DNA of 64,000 bases. Origin: Malacoraja senta (lineage: Eukaryota). The translations under genes and the position numbers were made by a program. Below, in pieces: positions 24,821 through 36,922 of this stretch. Under the pieces are notes generated by a model that ran no database searches, had not been told where the DNA came from, and saw only the letters and a program-made list of their open reading frames with translations. The stretch lies in NCBI GenBank assembly GCA_038087875.1, contig CM075990.1, forward strand, positions 2,544,001 to 2,608,000, given 5' to 3'. Each line of letters opens with the position of its first letter. Position 1 is the stretch's first letter.

Positions 24821-25502
24821 ACTGAGAACTGAGACCACTGAACTGAGACCACTGAACAGTCCTTCCATAATCTAGGATATCGACACAATCTTCTGAGCTA
24901 CCCCATTGTGGACCTTTGGCCATTTTCTCTGGAAAGACAGTTATCCATTTCAAAGGAACATCGCCATTTCCTGTTCTCTCCCACCACAGGATTATTCCAC
25001 ATTATATTTGTGATCAGTTGTAGGCATCACATTTTAGGAAGGATTCGGTGACCATAAAGTTAAGAGGAGATTCAATTAAGAGACGCCCGAGGATGAAAGA
25101 CCATTAATCAGAATCAGAAACAGAATCAGAATCAGATTTTATTCGGCAAGTATGTTTTGCAACATACGAGCAATTTCACTGGCCAGGTCAGTCTGCCGCG
25201 ACAGTCCGAGGAGGCTTCCAGCTCCAGCGATGGTAGGCCGCAGAGCCTGGAGAATGTGATCCAAACATTGATCACATCTTCAAGAAGGTAGGAACTTAAA
25301 AACAAGTTTCCCCTGATCCCCTCCCCCCTCCCCCCCTCCCCCCTCCCCCCCTCCCCACAAATAAAACAAACTGAAGAACATTAAAACAAACTTTTAACAA
25401 ACGCTAAAAATAACAAAAATATGAAACTACGAACAGACTGCCGGCAGGGCTGCCATCTCCCCGGCGCCCCTAGTGGTCATCTGGTCAATGCGGAGAGACA
25501 AG

Positions 25503-25800
25503 AGCACGGTGGCGCAGTGATAGAGTTGCTGCCTTACAGCACCAGAGACCCGGGTTCCACCCTGACTACGGGCACTGTCTCTACAGAGTTTGCACGCTCG
25601 CCCTGTGACTGCGTGGGTTTTCTCCAGATGCTTCAGTTTCCTCCCGTACCCCAAAGACGTGCAGGCTTGTAGATTAATTGGCTTCTGTAAATTGTCCCCA
25701 GTGTGTAAGACAGAACTAGTGTACGGGGAGACCGCTGGTCGGTTTGGACTCCGTGGGCAGAAGGACCTGCTTCCACACTGTGTCTCCAAAGTAAATTGAA
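25503..25800 (+). mobile_element. HE1-type V-SINE
   Basis: Head gcacggtggcgcagtgatagag, V-domain and tail. Confidence 0.85.
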
Positions 25801-26264
25801 ATAATTCTCAACTAACCTTTCTCAAGGAAGACACAAAGTGCTGGAGTAACTCAGCGGGTCAGGCACCATCCCTGAAGAACATGGATAGGTGAACCTGGAC
25901 CCTTCTTCACACTGTCCTTTTCTCCTTTCTCCTTTCATGTATCTATACACCGTAAATGGCTCAATTGTAATCATTTATAGTGTTTCCGCTGGTTGGTTAG
26001 CACGCAACAACAGGTTTTCACTGCACCTCAGTGCACGTGACAATATACTGAACTGAACTGAACAGAAATGAGATGCCCCATCTTCGCTAGTCCCACCTAC
26101 CTCTGTTTGGCCCATATACCACTGAACCTTTCCCATCCATGTATCTGTACAAATGTCTGATACATGTGATTTTAGTACCTGCCTCAACTACCTCCTCTGG
26201 CAGTTCGTTCCATACACCCTCACCCACAAATGTTTAGGCACAGAGTATTGAGTATAGATGTTGA

Positions 26265-27180
26265 AACTTCCTCCGCTCAGTCCGTCTTAACCTACCTGAT
26301 CTCCCGGTGGCTCAGCACTTCAACTTCCCCTCCCATTCCCAATCTGACCTTTCTGTCCTGGGCCTCCTCCATTGTCAGAGTGAGGCCCAGCGCAAATTGG
26401 AGGAACAGCACCTCATATTTCGCTTGGGTAGTTTACACCCCAGCGGTATGAACATTGACTTCTCTAACTTCAGGTAACCCTTGCTTTCTCTCTCCAGTAG
26501 AGAGCATGCTGACCTGTTGCATCGTGGCTTGGTTCGGCAACTTGAGTGCCCTGGAGAGGAAAAGACTATAAAAAGTAGTAAACACTGCCCAGTCCATCTG
26601 ACCTCCCTTCCATCGAGGGGATCTATCGCAGTCGCTGCCTCAAAAAGGCTGGCAGTATCATCAAGGACCCACACCATCCTGGCCACACACTCATCTCCCT
26701 GCTACCTTCAGGTAGACGGTACAGGAGCCTGAAGACTGCAACGACCAGGTTCAGGAATAGCTACTTCCCCACAGCCATCAGGCTATTAAACCTGGCTCGG
26801 ACAAAACACTATTAGCCAATTAACTGTTATTTGCACTTTATCAGTATATTGATTCATGTGTGTATATATTTATAGAATGCCTTGTAGTCAATGCCTACTA
26901 TGTTCTGTTGTGCTGAAGCAAAGCAAGAATTTCATTGTCCTATCAGGGACACATGACAATAAACTCACTTGACTTGACTTGACTTGACTTGACTTGACCA
27001 TCCCCTTCCCCTTCCCAGTTCACCCACCAGTCTTACTGTCTCTGCCTACATTCTATCTTTGTCCCGCCCCCTCCCCTGACATCAGTCTGAAGAAGGGTCT
27101 CAACCCGAAACGCCACCCATTCCTTCCCTCCAGAGATGCTGCCTGACCCGCTGTTACCCCAGCATTTTGTGTCTACCTGT
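26265..27180 (+). mobile_element. Penelope-like element 3' region split by a Rex1-like insertion
   Basis: DLSVLGLLHCQSEAQRKLEEQHLIFRLGSLHPSGMNIDFSNFR*. The UTR resumes at about 26997 with a ctgaagaagggtctcaacccgaaac core at 27087. Confidence 0.78.
26500..26997 (+). mobile_element. Rex1-like LINE 3' fragment
   Basis: RCLKKAGSIIKDPHHPGHTLISLLPSGRRYRSL and (acttg)n tail. Confidence 0.72.
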
Positions 27181-27184
27181 TGAA

Positions 27185-27510
27185 AGGTCATGTTATATAC
27201 AGTAAGACATTGGCGAGACCACATTTAGAGTATTGTGTTCAGCTTTGGTCACCATGTTATAGGAAAGATGTTGTCATACTGGAAAGAGTACAGAGAAGAT
27301 TTACGAGGATGTTGCCAGGGCTAGAGGGTCTGAGCTTCAGGGAGAGGTTGAGCAGGCTAGGAGTTTATTCCTTGGGGCGCAGGAGGTGTGATCTTATAGA
27401 GGTGCATAGAATCATGAGAGGAATAGATCGGGTAGATGCACAGAGTCTCTTGCCCAGAGTAAGGGAATCGAGGGCCAGAGGACATGGGTGCAAAGTGAAG
27501 GGGAAAAGAT
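27185..27510 (+). mobile_element. CR1 LINE fragment, older subfamily
   Basis: RPHLEYCVQLWSPCYRKDVVILERVQRRFTRMLPG. Confidence 0.85.
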
Positions 27511-27825
27511 TTGCCCATGCAGCCCAACATGTCCCATCTACACTAGTCCCACCTGCATGCCCTCGACCCATATCCCTCTAAACCTGTCCAATCCATGCAC
27601 CTGTCCAAATGTCCTTTAAATGTTATGATAGTTCCTGCCTCAACTACCTCCTCTGGCAGCTCGTTCCATATACCCACCACCCTTTGTGTAAAAAAAAGTT
27701 ACCCTTCAGGTTCCTATTAAATCTTCCCCCCCCCTCACCTTAAGCTGATCTCATCTGCCTGAACATGCTCCATATCCCTCTTTTCCCTGCACGATGTGCC
27801 TATCTAAGAGCTTCTTAAACACGAC

Positions 27826-28708
27826 AAGGTGACTTGGATAGGCTGGGTGAGTGGGCAAATGTTTGGCAGGTGCAGTATAATGTGGATAAATGTGAGGTTA
27901 TCCACTTTGGTGGCAAAAACGGGAAGGCAGACTATTATCTAAATGGTGGCCGATTAGGAAATGGGGAGATGCAGCGAGACCTGGGTGTCATGGTACACCA
28001 GTCATTGAAAGTAGGCATGCAGGTGCAGCAGGCAGTGAAGAAAGCGAATGGTATGTTGGCCTTCATAGCAAGAGGATTTGAGTATAGGAGCAGGGAGGTT
28101 CTACTGCAGTTGTACAGGGTCTTGGTGAGACCACACCTGGAGTATTGCATACAGTTTTGGTCTCCAAATCTGAGGAAGGACATTATAGCCATAGAGGGAG
28201 TGCAGAGAAGGTTCACCAGACTGATTCCTGGGATGTCAGGACTTTCATATGAAGAAAGACTGGATAGACTTGGCTTATACTCGCTAGAATTTAGGAGATT
28301 GAGAGGGGATCTTATAGAAACGTACAAAATTCTTATGGGGTTGGACAGGCTAGATGCAGGAAGATTGTTCCCGATGTTGGGGAAGTCCAGGACAAGGGGT
28401 CACAGCTTAAGGATAAGGGGGAAATCCTTTAAGACCGAGATGAGGAAAAACTTTTTCACACAGAGAGTGGTGAATCTCTGGAACTCTCTGCCACAGAGGG
28501 TAGTTGAGGCCAGTTCATTGGCTATATTTAAGAGGGAGTTAGATGTGGCCCTTGTGGCTAAAGGGATCAGGGGGTATGGAGAGAAGGCAGGTACGGGATA
28601 CTGAGTTGGATGATCAGCCATGATCATATTGAATGGCGGTGCAGGCTCGAAGGGCCGAATGGCCTACTCCTGCACCTATTTTCTATGTATCTATGTATCT
28701 ATGTATCT
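27826..28708 (+). mobile_element. Young CR1 LINE, 5'-truncated, with open ORF to 28604
   Basis: Nearly identical to 20885-21760; (ctatgtat)n tail. Confidence 0.95.
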
Positions 28709-28734
28709 GTCTTTACCAACCCCATGATAGTGTG

Positions 28735-29050
28735 TTAGTTTAATTTTAGTTTAGCGATACAGCGCGGAAACAGGCCCTTCGGCCCACTAAGTCCGCGCTG
28801 ACCAGTGATCCCCACACACTAACACTACCCTACACACGCTAGGGACAATTTGCAATTATACCAAGCCAATTTAACCTACAAACCTGTACGTGTTTGGAGC
28901 GTGGGAGGAAACCGGAGATCCCGGAGAAAACCCACGCAGGTCACGGGGAGAACGTACAAACTCGGTACAGACAGCACCCGAGGTTGGGATCGAACCTGGG
29001 TCCCTGACTTTGTAAGGCAGTAACTCTACCGCTGCGCCACCGTGCCGCCC
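28735..29050 (-). mobile_element. HE1-type V-SINE, full length
   Basis: gggcggcacggtggcgcagcggtagag head, V-domain and tail. Confidence 0.88.
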
Positions 29051-29435
29051 CTGTGTGCCACTCTCTGTGTGATATAACTTATCCCACACATCTCCATTAA
29101 ACTTTCCCCCTTTCACCTTAAAAATTAGCACAAAGAATTAGCAGTGGTTTACTCACTGAACTCTGATGCTAAGATACATCCCTGGTTGATCTAAGGCATC
29201 TGCACAAATGGTTACATTCTCCTGATCCTCGGTGTCTACAGCTCGTTCAATACGTTTCTAGTGAAAGTGGGAACAGTTGTGGCTGCTAATCGAAAAGTGC
29301 CCGTTGGGAGGCTGGGATTCCTGTCTCTTTTAGTCAGTGCCTTCCTTGTTACCTGCGATCGATCAGTTAAAAGAGGGAATTCTGAATTCCCAGGGCGTCT
29401 CATCCAGTTAGCGTTTGTTTTCGTAAGATTACTAA

Positions 29436-30031
29436 ACATAGAAACATAGAAACATAGAAAATAGGTGCAGGAGGAGGCCATTCGGCCCTTCGAGCCAGCA
29501 CCACCATTCATTATGATCATCGCTGATCGTCCCTTATCAATAACCCGTGCCTGCCTTCTCCCCATATCCCTTGACTTCTCTAGCCCCTAGAGCTCTATCT
29601 AACTCTCTCTTAAATCCATCCAGTGACTTGGCCTCCGCTGTGGCAGGGAATTCCATAAATTCACAACTCTCTGGGTGAAAAAGTATTTTCTCACCTCTTA
29701 AATGACCTCCCCTTTATTCTAAGACTGTGGCCCCTGGTTCTGGACTCGCCCAACATTGGGAACATTTTTCCTGCATCTAGCTTGTCCAGTCCCTTTTATA
29801 ATTTTATATGTTTCTATAAGATCCCCCTCATCCTTCTAAACTCCAGTGAATACAAGCCTAGTCTTTTCAATCTTTCCTCATATGACAGTCCCGCCATCCC
29901 AGGGATCAATCTCGTGAACCTACGCTGCACTGCCTCAATCACAAGGATGTCCTTCCTCAAATTAGGAGACCAAAACTGTCCACAATACTCCAGATGTGGT
30001 CTCACCAGAGCCGTATACAACTGCAGAAGAA
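29436..30031 (-). mobile_element. CR1 LINE 3' fragment
   Basis: [23 protein letters not shown] and (ctatgttt)n tail. Confidence 0.9.
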
Positions 30032-30317
30032 CTAAAGGAGTAACACAGAGGGCTTTTATTGGGAAGCCTCAGATTAAAGCTCGAGGGCAGAGATGAAGTT
30101 GGAGGAAGCTGAAGCGAGACCTGACCTCTTCATCATAGATAGTTTGGTTTATTGTCACGTGGAGTGAAAAGCATTTTAGTTTTGAAGAAGGGTCTCGACC
30201 TGAAACGTCACCCATTCCTTTTCTCCAGAGATGCTGCCTGTCCCGCTGAGTTACTCCAGCTTTTTGTGTCTATCTTCGGTTTAAACCAGCACCTGCAGTT
30301 CCTTCTTACACAGCATT

Positions 30318-30620
30318 TTAGTTTAGTTTAGTTTAGTTTAGGTTAGAGATATAGTGTGGAAACAGGCCCTTCGGCCCATCGAATCTGCACTGACCAGCAA
30401 TCCCCAGCACATTAACACTCCCCGACACACACTAGGGTATTTATTTTACAATTTACATATATATTGATACCAAGCCAATTAACGTACAAACCTGCACGTC
30501 TTTGGAGTGTGAGAGGAAACCGGAGATCTTGGAGAAAACCCACGCAGGTCACGGGGAAAACGTACAAATTCGGTACAGACAGCACCGGTAGTCGGGATGA
30601 AACCCGGGTCTATCGCTGTA
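30318..30620 (-). mobile_element. HE1-type V-SINE
   Basis: V-domain and (aaact)n tail. Confidence 0.8.
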
Positions 30621-30639
30621 AGCTAGTAAACCCACGCCA

Positions 30640-31320
30640 CTGTGTTGCATGCTATCCTGTCAGTGAAAAGACAATACATGATTACAAGCAAGCTGTCCAC
30701 AGTGTACAGATACAGGATAAAGGGAATATCCTTTAGTGCGAGATATAGTCCAGTGAACTCTGTAAAGATAGTTCAAAGGTCTTTAATGAATTGGATGGGA
30801 GATCAGGAACAGTCTCTAGTTGTTAGTCGGATGGTTCAGTTGCCTGATGACAACTGGGAAGATACTGTCCCTGAAACTGGAGGTGTGCGTTTTCACACTT
30901 TTGTACCCCTTACCTGATGGGAGAGGGGGGAAGAGGGAATGACCTGGATGAGGCTGGTCCTTGATTATGCTGCTGGCCTTGCCGAGGCAGCGTGAGGTGT
31001 AGAAGGAATCCATGGAAGGGAGGGTGTTTTATGTGTTGGTCTGGGCTGCGTCCGCAACTCTCTGCAATTCCTCGCGGTCTTGGATGGAGCTGTTCCCAAT
31101 GCAAGCTGTGATGCAACTCGATAAAATGCTTAGTACGGCGCATCTGTAGATGTTGGTGAGAGTTGTTGGGGTCGTGCTAAACTTCCTCGGCCTTCTAAGG
31201 AAGTAGAGGCGTTGATGTGCTTTCTTGGCCTCTGCGTCGATATGGCTGGTCCAGGACAAGTTGTTGATGATATTTACTCCTAAGAACTTGAAGCTTTCAA
31301 CCCGCTCTACTTCCTAGCTG
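30640..31320 (-). pseudogene. Rex1/Babar-like LINE ORF C-terminal remnant and 3'UTR
   Basis: SWTSHIDAEAKKAHQRLYFLRR, ILSSCITA and RCLGKASSIIKDQPHPGHSLFPPLPSGKGY. Confidence 0.8.
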
Positions 31321-31529
31321 TCAATGTATACCAGGGCATGTGGTGTAGGGTATATGCCCATTGCATTTGTTGTCCCCCATTAGTTACTGTGGCCAATAGA
31401 CATGGTGTGAAATTGGGGGAGCTTGGTCTTGTCTGACAAGATTTTACATATAACACAGAACATAGAACAGCACAACACAGGAACCAATGTTTGTGCTGAT
31501 CATGATGCTAAGTTAAACTGATCTCATCT

Positions 31530-31935
31530 TGGAGGGCATCTACTACACACGGTGCCTCAGGAAGGCCGTCAGCATTCACAACGACTACTCACACCCTTGA
31601 AATAGTCTGTTCGAACTCCTACCTTCCGGAAGACGTTACAAGGCCTTCTACGCCCGCACCTCCAGACTCAGGAACAGCTTCATCCCCAGAGCTATAGCTA
31701 TAGCTGCCCTGAACCGGCCCTGCTGAGTGCCCCCCCCCCCCACCCATGACCTGTCTCCCTCGGATGGTCATGTCACACATCGACCCGGCACTGACCGATT
31801 TGCACTTTAGACTGTTTTACTGGTCTTTTTCTCGGGGTATCTACATTTTATTAATTGTTTAAGTTATGACATCGGATGGAGCTGCGTACCAAATCTCGTT
31901 GCACCTATGGGCAATGACAATAAAAGATATAATTA
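31530..31935 (+). mobile_element. Rex1-like LINE 3' fragment, distinct subfamily
   Basis: RCLRKAVSI...LFELLPSGRRYKAFYARTSRLRNSFIPRAI and gacaataaa tail. Confidence 0.7.
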
Positions 31936-32865
31936 TTATTAATATCTGCCTGTATGTGATCCATATCCCTCTATTTCCTGCCTTTCCATGTGCATATCTA
32001 AAAGCCTCTAAAAGACACAATCATATCTGCCTCCACCACCACCCCGGGCAGTGTGTTCCAGGCCCTCACCATTCTGTATTAAAAAAACCTGCCCCGCCAA
32101 TCTCTATTTAACGAAACATCTTTGTCTTGTTTGTGCCCACGATGTGTCTCTGTGTGTTAGTCAATCTGGTTTTCCTATCTTCTTCCAAACGCTAGGCCAC
32201 AGCCTTCCCATTTTCACACATCCTACTCACATTTTTCCCATGGTGGCGATAAACATCTTCCCGTCACATTTCCACCTATATTTCCAAAGTTATTAATCGT
32301 TTAAATGTTAAAAACAGCCCGATTTCTTTAAACTCATCCATTTTGGGGGAAAAAATCCAAGTGAGGTCACAATGCACTCGCAAGGCAGGACGGGCCACTC
32401 CGGGAGGGAGGGGCACTCCATCTCCAAACACCTCCTCCCCCTCCCCCCCACCCTCCCCCTCTCCCCACCATTCCCTCCCCCTCCCCCCCCAACCCACCCC
32501 GCCGGAAAACCAGTGGTGGACCTGTACAATCAAGATGTCCGCTGTGTATAGATACAGCATAAAGGGAATCATGTTTAGAGCAAGATAATGTCCAGACATG
32601 TCCCATTAAATTTAAAGCTATCCAGGATTTTGATATAAATGTGCTCAGGGATTTGAGTTGTGTAAGTTCAGTGTAGTTTAGAGATTAGGTGTGCAACGAG
32701 GCCCTTCGGCCCACTGAGTCCACGCTGACCATCAAACACCCATACATTACATGATCCCACTTTCCCATTCCACACACTAGCGTCAAATAACAATTTACAG
32801 AAGCAATTAATCTACAAAACGACACCAATTTGACATGTGGATGGAAACCAGAGCACCCTCCCACA

Positions 32866-33029
32866 GGCGGCATGGTGGCGCAGCGGTAGAGTTGCTGCCT
32901 CACAGCGGCAGAGACGCGGGTTCGATCCTGACTACGGGTGTTGTCTGTACATCCCGTAGTCGGGATCGAACCCGGGTCTCCTGCGCTGCATTCGCTGCAA
33001 GGCAGCAACTCTACCGCTGCGCCACCGTG
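32866..33029. mobile_element. Two V-SINE heads fused in inverted orientation
   Basis: Plus-strand head at 32866-32950 is directly followed by a minus-strand head at 32953-33029. Confidence 0.8.
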
Positions 33030-33099
33030 ACTGCTTGCTTGGAGATGTGGTCTCATTGGGCTCACTGGGCTGTTTGGAAATGGCTTCACTCAATGTTAC

Positions 33100-33450
33100 A
33101 CGTTGCACCCATTTAGACGAGCTGATTAAATGCTCTGCGGGGGGAAAATTAGCAAATTGGCTGCTTTTATCTGGAGTTAAATAGAATCCTGATCCAAGCG
33201 TAAAATCTATTGACAAACCAGTTACGTGTTTATTAGGTTGCAGCAGTAGCAATCTGACACGGAGTGTACAGCGATCTGCGGTGAAATCTTCCACACTGCT
33301 CGGAAGGCAGAGGGACAAAGGTGATCGCTTGCATTGAGATGTCATCAGCCCCAATCTGGGGCTGGGGGAGAGTGACATAAGTTTTGTTACTGCTGCCAGC
33401 TGATCACTGTTCGGGAACACCTGCGGAAAAATATCCTCGTTAAAAGAATA
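33100..33450. promoter_or_regulatory. Candidate conserved non-coding element
   Basis: Unique island containing gctgattaaatg, aaattagc, ctattgac and tttattag. Inference only. Confidence 0.25.
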
Positions 33451-33564
33451 AAAAGGAAAAAGTAAGCCACAAAACGCTGGAGTAACTCAGCGGGACAGGC
33501 AGCATCTCTGGAGAGAAGGAATAGGTGACGTTCTGGGTCAAGACCCTTCTCCAGACTGTCTGCT

Positions 33565-33920
33565 CCGCCATTCAATCATGGCTGATCAATCTCCCCCTCC
33601 TAACCCCATTCTCCTGCCTTCTCCCCATAACCCCTGACACTCGCACTTGTCAAGAATCTGTCTATCTCTGCCTTAAACATACCCACTGACTTGGCCTCCA
33701 CAACCTTCTGTGGCAAAGCATTCCACAGATTCGCCACCCTCTGATTAACCTACAAACCTCTACGTCTTTGGAATGTGGAGGAACCCGGGAACACCTGGAG
33801 AAAACCCACGTGGTCACAGGGAAAACATACAGACTCAGTACGGACCGCACCCGTAGTCAGGATCGAACCCGGGTCTCCGATGCTGTGAGGCAGTAACTCT
33901 ACCGCTGCGCCACCGTGCCA
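33565..33920 (-). mobile_element. CR1 3' fragment joined to a V-SINE 5' part
   Basis: CR1 UTR at 33565-33745; SINE V-domain and head at 33745-33920. Confidence 0.75.
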
Positions 33921-34199
33921 CCTCCAAAACTTTGTCCAGCTCATCTTAAAGGTATTCCCTCAAGCCTTTGTCTTTTCTAGTCAGGAAAAGGTTCTGAGTG
34001 TCTACCCTATCTACGCTTCCCATAGTTTTAGACACCTCTATCAAGTCTCTCCTCAACCTCTGGCGTTTCAGTGAAAAAGAGATTTTATTGACCAATACTG
34101 TGAAATAATTTTAAACTACTTAAGAAGTTAGACATGGTTGTAGTTTATTACAATGCTTGTGAGGTCTCACTGGAACACCAGGGTTAATTAACTCAAGAC

Positions 34200-34495
34200 A
34201 AGCACGGTGGTGTAGAGGTAGGATTGCTGCCTTACAGAGCCAGCGACGCGGGTACAATCCTGATACGGGTGCAATCGGTACAGAGTTTGTACGTTATCTC
34301 CGAGCCCTCCAGTTTCCTCCCACACTCCAAAGACTCCAGGTTTGTAGGTTAATTGGCTTCGGTAAAGATTGCAGGTTGTCCCTAATGTGTGTAGGATAGT
34401 GCTGGTGTATGGGGATCGCTGGTCGGTGCGGACTCAGTGGGCCGAAGGGCCTGTATCCGCGCTGTATCACTAAACTAAACTAAACTAAACTAAAA
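34200..34495 (+). mobile_element. HE1-type V-SINE
   Basis: Head, partly deleted V-domain and (aaact)n tail. Confidence 0.8.
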
Positions 34496-34771
34496 CTACA
34501 AAGGCTCAAACTCACAATCTTCCATTGAGGACAAGACTCACCCAGCTGAGGGACATCTTCATTTCTCTGCTGGTTAAGGATAATACTTCATATCGGAATA
34601 TCGGAGGCTGGGGATTGGCAGGGTGCTGGGTTTTATTCTACACGTCCGATTTTGTTTGCAAGGTGGGAGGAAGAAAAATTGACCTTTCACCTTTGACAGC
34701 TGACCTGAAATGTAACCCAGGCCGACAGGTTGAAAAGCCTTTCCCTTCCTGATGGTTATCAGGAGTTCCCA

Positions 34772-35295
34772 AGGGCCTGTCCCACTTGGGCGACCTAATC
34801 CGCGAGTTCTGGCGAGTTTGCCCTCGACTCATATTCGCAGCATGGTCGACACAAGGTCGTAGGAGGTCTTTGTAACTCTCCTTCATGCTCGAGAGTGGTC
34901 TCCGCGTACTCAAGGCCTCAGCTAGGTCACGGCATTTTTACAATATGTTAAAAAAAAATGCCCGCGAGTAAAAAAAGGTCGGCATGGAAAAAATCGATAC
35001 TTTTTTTACTTAGTCGTAGTAGGTCGTAGTAGGTCGGCATGTTAGTCGTGGGTAGTCGAGGGTAGTCGAAGGTAGTCGTAGATAGTCTTCAACATAGTCG
35101 AAGGGAGGTCGAAGGAGATCGGAGGAGGTCGTCTTCACTCTCCACTATTCGGTGTCCAATTTTCCCGAAGTTAGTCATAGCTAGGCGTAGCTAGTGGAAG
35201 CTGGTCTTCTACATAGTCGAAGGAGGTCTTCAACATGTCATTTTTTCAAACTTTTCTAAACTCGCTAATTAGGTCGCCCATGTGGGACAGCCCCT
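34772..35295. mobile_element. PIF/Harbinger-type MITE, long form
   Basis: TIRs agggcctgtcccacttgggcgacctaat...attaggtcgcccatgtgggacagcccct with internal (gtagtc/ggtcgta) repeats. Confidence 0.8.
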
Positions 35296-35959
35296 TAAGT
35301 GAGTCAGGGTGTGAAAGCTTCATTTCATCATCGCTGTGCACCTCACAATTGCCCAGCAACAAGAGGGAATAGGAAATAACTGCATACTTTACTCCAGAGA
35401 GCTCAAGGAGGAACGTGTGCAGGAAAAGGGGCGCTGGCTTGGATCCCGAGAGGGCTGGTCCACTGAGGTGACCAATCTAGCGCGTTGTCAAGGATAATGG
35501 ACAGGAAGCCCTTCACCGACTGGCGGGCTCTGTGAATGGGGATAGTTCATCTTTAAACCTGGCACTCATGCGCCTGTAGAAAGCATTTTATCGAGATGCA
35601 TAGACACAAAAAGCTGGAGTAACTCAGCGGGACAGGCAGCATCTCTGGAGAGAAGGAATGGGTGGGTTTCGAGTCGAGACCCTTCTTCAGACTAGTACTA
35701 GAGAAAGGGCAATGAGAGGTGTAGACGATGATGTAGAGGAGTACTGGTTTACACCCGAAGATAGCACAAAATGCTGGTGTAATTAACTGGTCAGGCAGCA
35801 CTCTGGAAAAAGGAATAGGTGATATTTCGGATCGAGATGGGGAAGAAGGGTCTCGACCCGAAAACGTCCACCTATTCCTTTTCTCAGAGACATGAGACCT
35901 CCGCTGAGTTAGCTCTGGCAGCACTTGGGATAGGGGGCACGGACCTAAATGGGGGTCAC

Positions 35960-36159
35960 NNNNNNNNNNNNNNNNNNNNNNNNNNNNNNNNNNNNNNNNN
36001 NNNNNNNNNNNNNNNNNNNNNNNNNNNNNNNNNNNNNNNNNNNNNNNNNNNNNNNNNNNNNNNNNNNNNNNNNNNNNNNNNNNNNNNNNNNNNNNNNNNN
36101 NNNNNNNNNNNNNNNNNNNNNNNNNNNNNNNNNNNNNNNNNNNNNNNNNNNNNNNNNNN
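35960..36159. other. Assembly gap of 200 N
   Basis: Run of N. Confidence 1.
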
Positions 36160-36730
36160 TAGGCCATTCAGCCCTTCGAGCCAGTACCGCCATTCAATGT
36201 GATCATCCCCAATCAGTACCCTGTTCCTGCCTTCTCCACATATCCCCCGACTCCGCTATCTTTAAGAGCCCTATCTAGCTCTCTCTTGAAATTATCCAGA
36301 GAACCGGACTCCACCGCCATCTAAGGCAGAGAATTCCACAGACTCACCACTCTCTGTGAGAAAAAGTGTTTCCTCGTCTCCGTTCTAAATGGCTTACTCC
36401 TTATTCTTAAACTGTGGCCCCTGGTTCTGGACTCCTCCAACATCGGGAACATGTTTCCTGCCTCTAGCGTGTCCAAACCCTTAACAATCTTATATGTTTC
36501 AATAACGCCAGAGACCTGCGTGGGTTTTCTCTGGGTGCGCTGGTTTCCTCCCACACTTCAAAGATGTACAGGTTTGCAGGTTAATTGGCAACATAAAATT
36601 GTAAATTGTCCCTAGTGTGTGTAGAATAGTGTTAGTGTGCAGGAGATCGCTGGTCGGCGCGGGCAAGTTAGGTGGAAGGGCCTGTTTCCGCGCTGTATCT
36701 CTCAAGTAAACTAAACTAAATTAAACTAAA
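36160..36730. mobile_element. CR1 3' fragment (minus, 36160-36503) abutting a partial V-SINE (plus, 36505-36730)
   Basis: IETYKIVKGLDTLEAGNMFPML, followed by V-domain and tail. Confidence 0.85.
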
Positions 36731-36922
36731 CTGATGGAGCTGCTGCCTCACTGCACCAGGGACTATGGTTCGATACTGAACATAAAGTTAAGAGGAGATT
36801 CAATTAGAAGACACTAAACTAAACATCATCAGAAACAAATGGTCGTCAAAGTGAATTGGGTGTCTGTGACCACTGGAGCCGCAGACTGAGGAAGACATGG
36901 CTGATCTGTTGGTTTTTGAAGG

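Noticed and set aside
28990..29050. tRNA genes at SINE heads, here and elsewhere
   Set aside because: The A/B-box-like heads run straight into V-domain and LINE-like tails, so they are SINEs and not functional tRNA genes.
29140..29432. Possible host exon in unique sequence (also 18056-18300)
   Set aside because: No recognisable protein motif and no convincing splice pair. Short exons cannot be excluded without RNA-seq.
35553..36278. ORFs spanning the N run
   Set aside because: They are open only because of the assembly gap.
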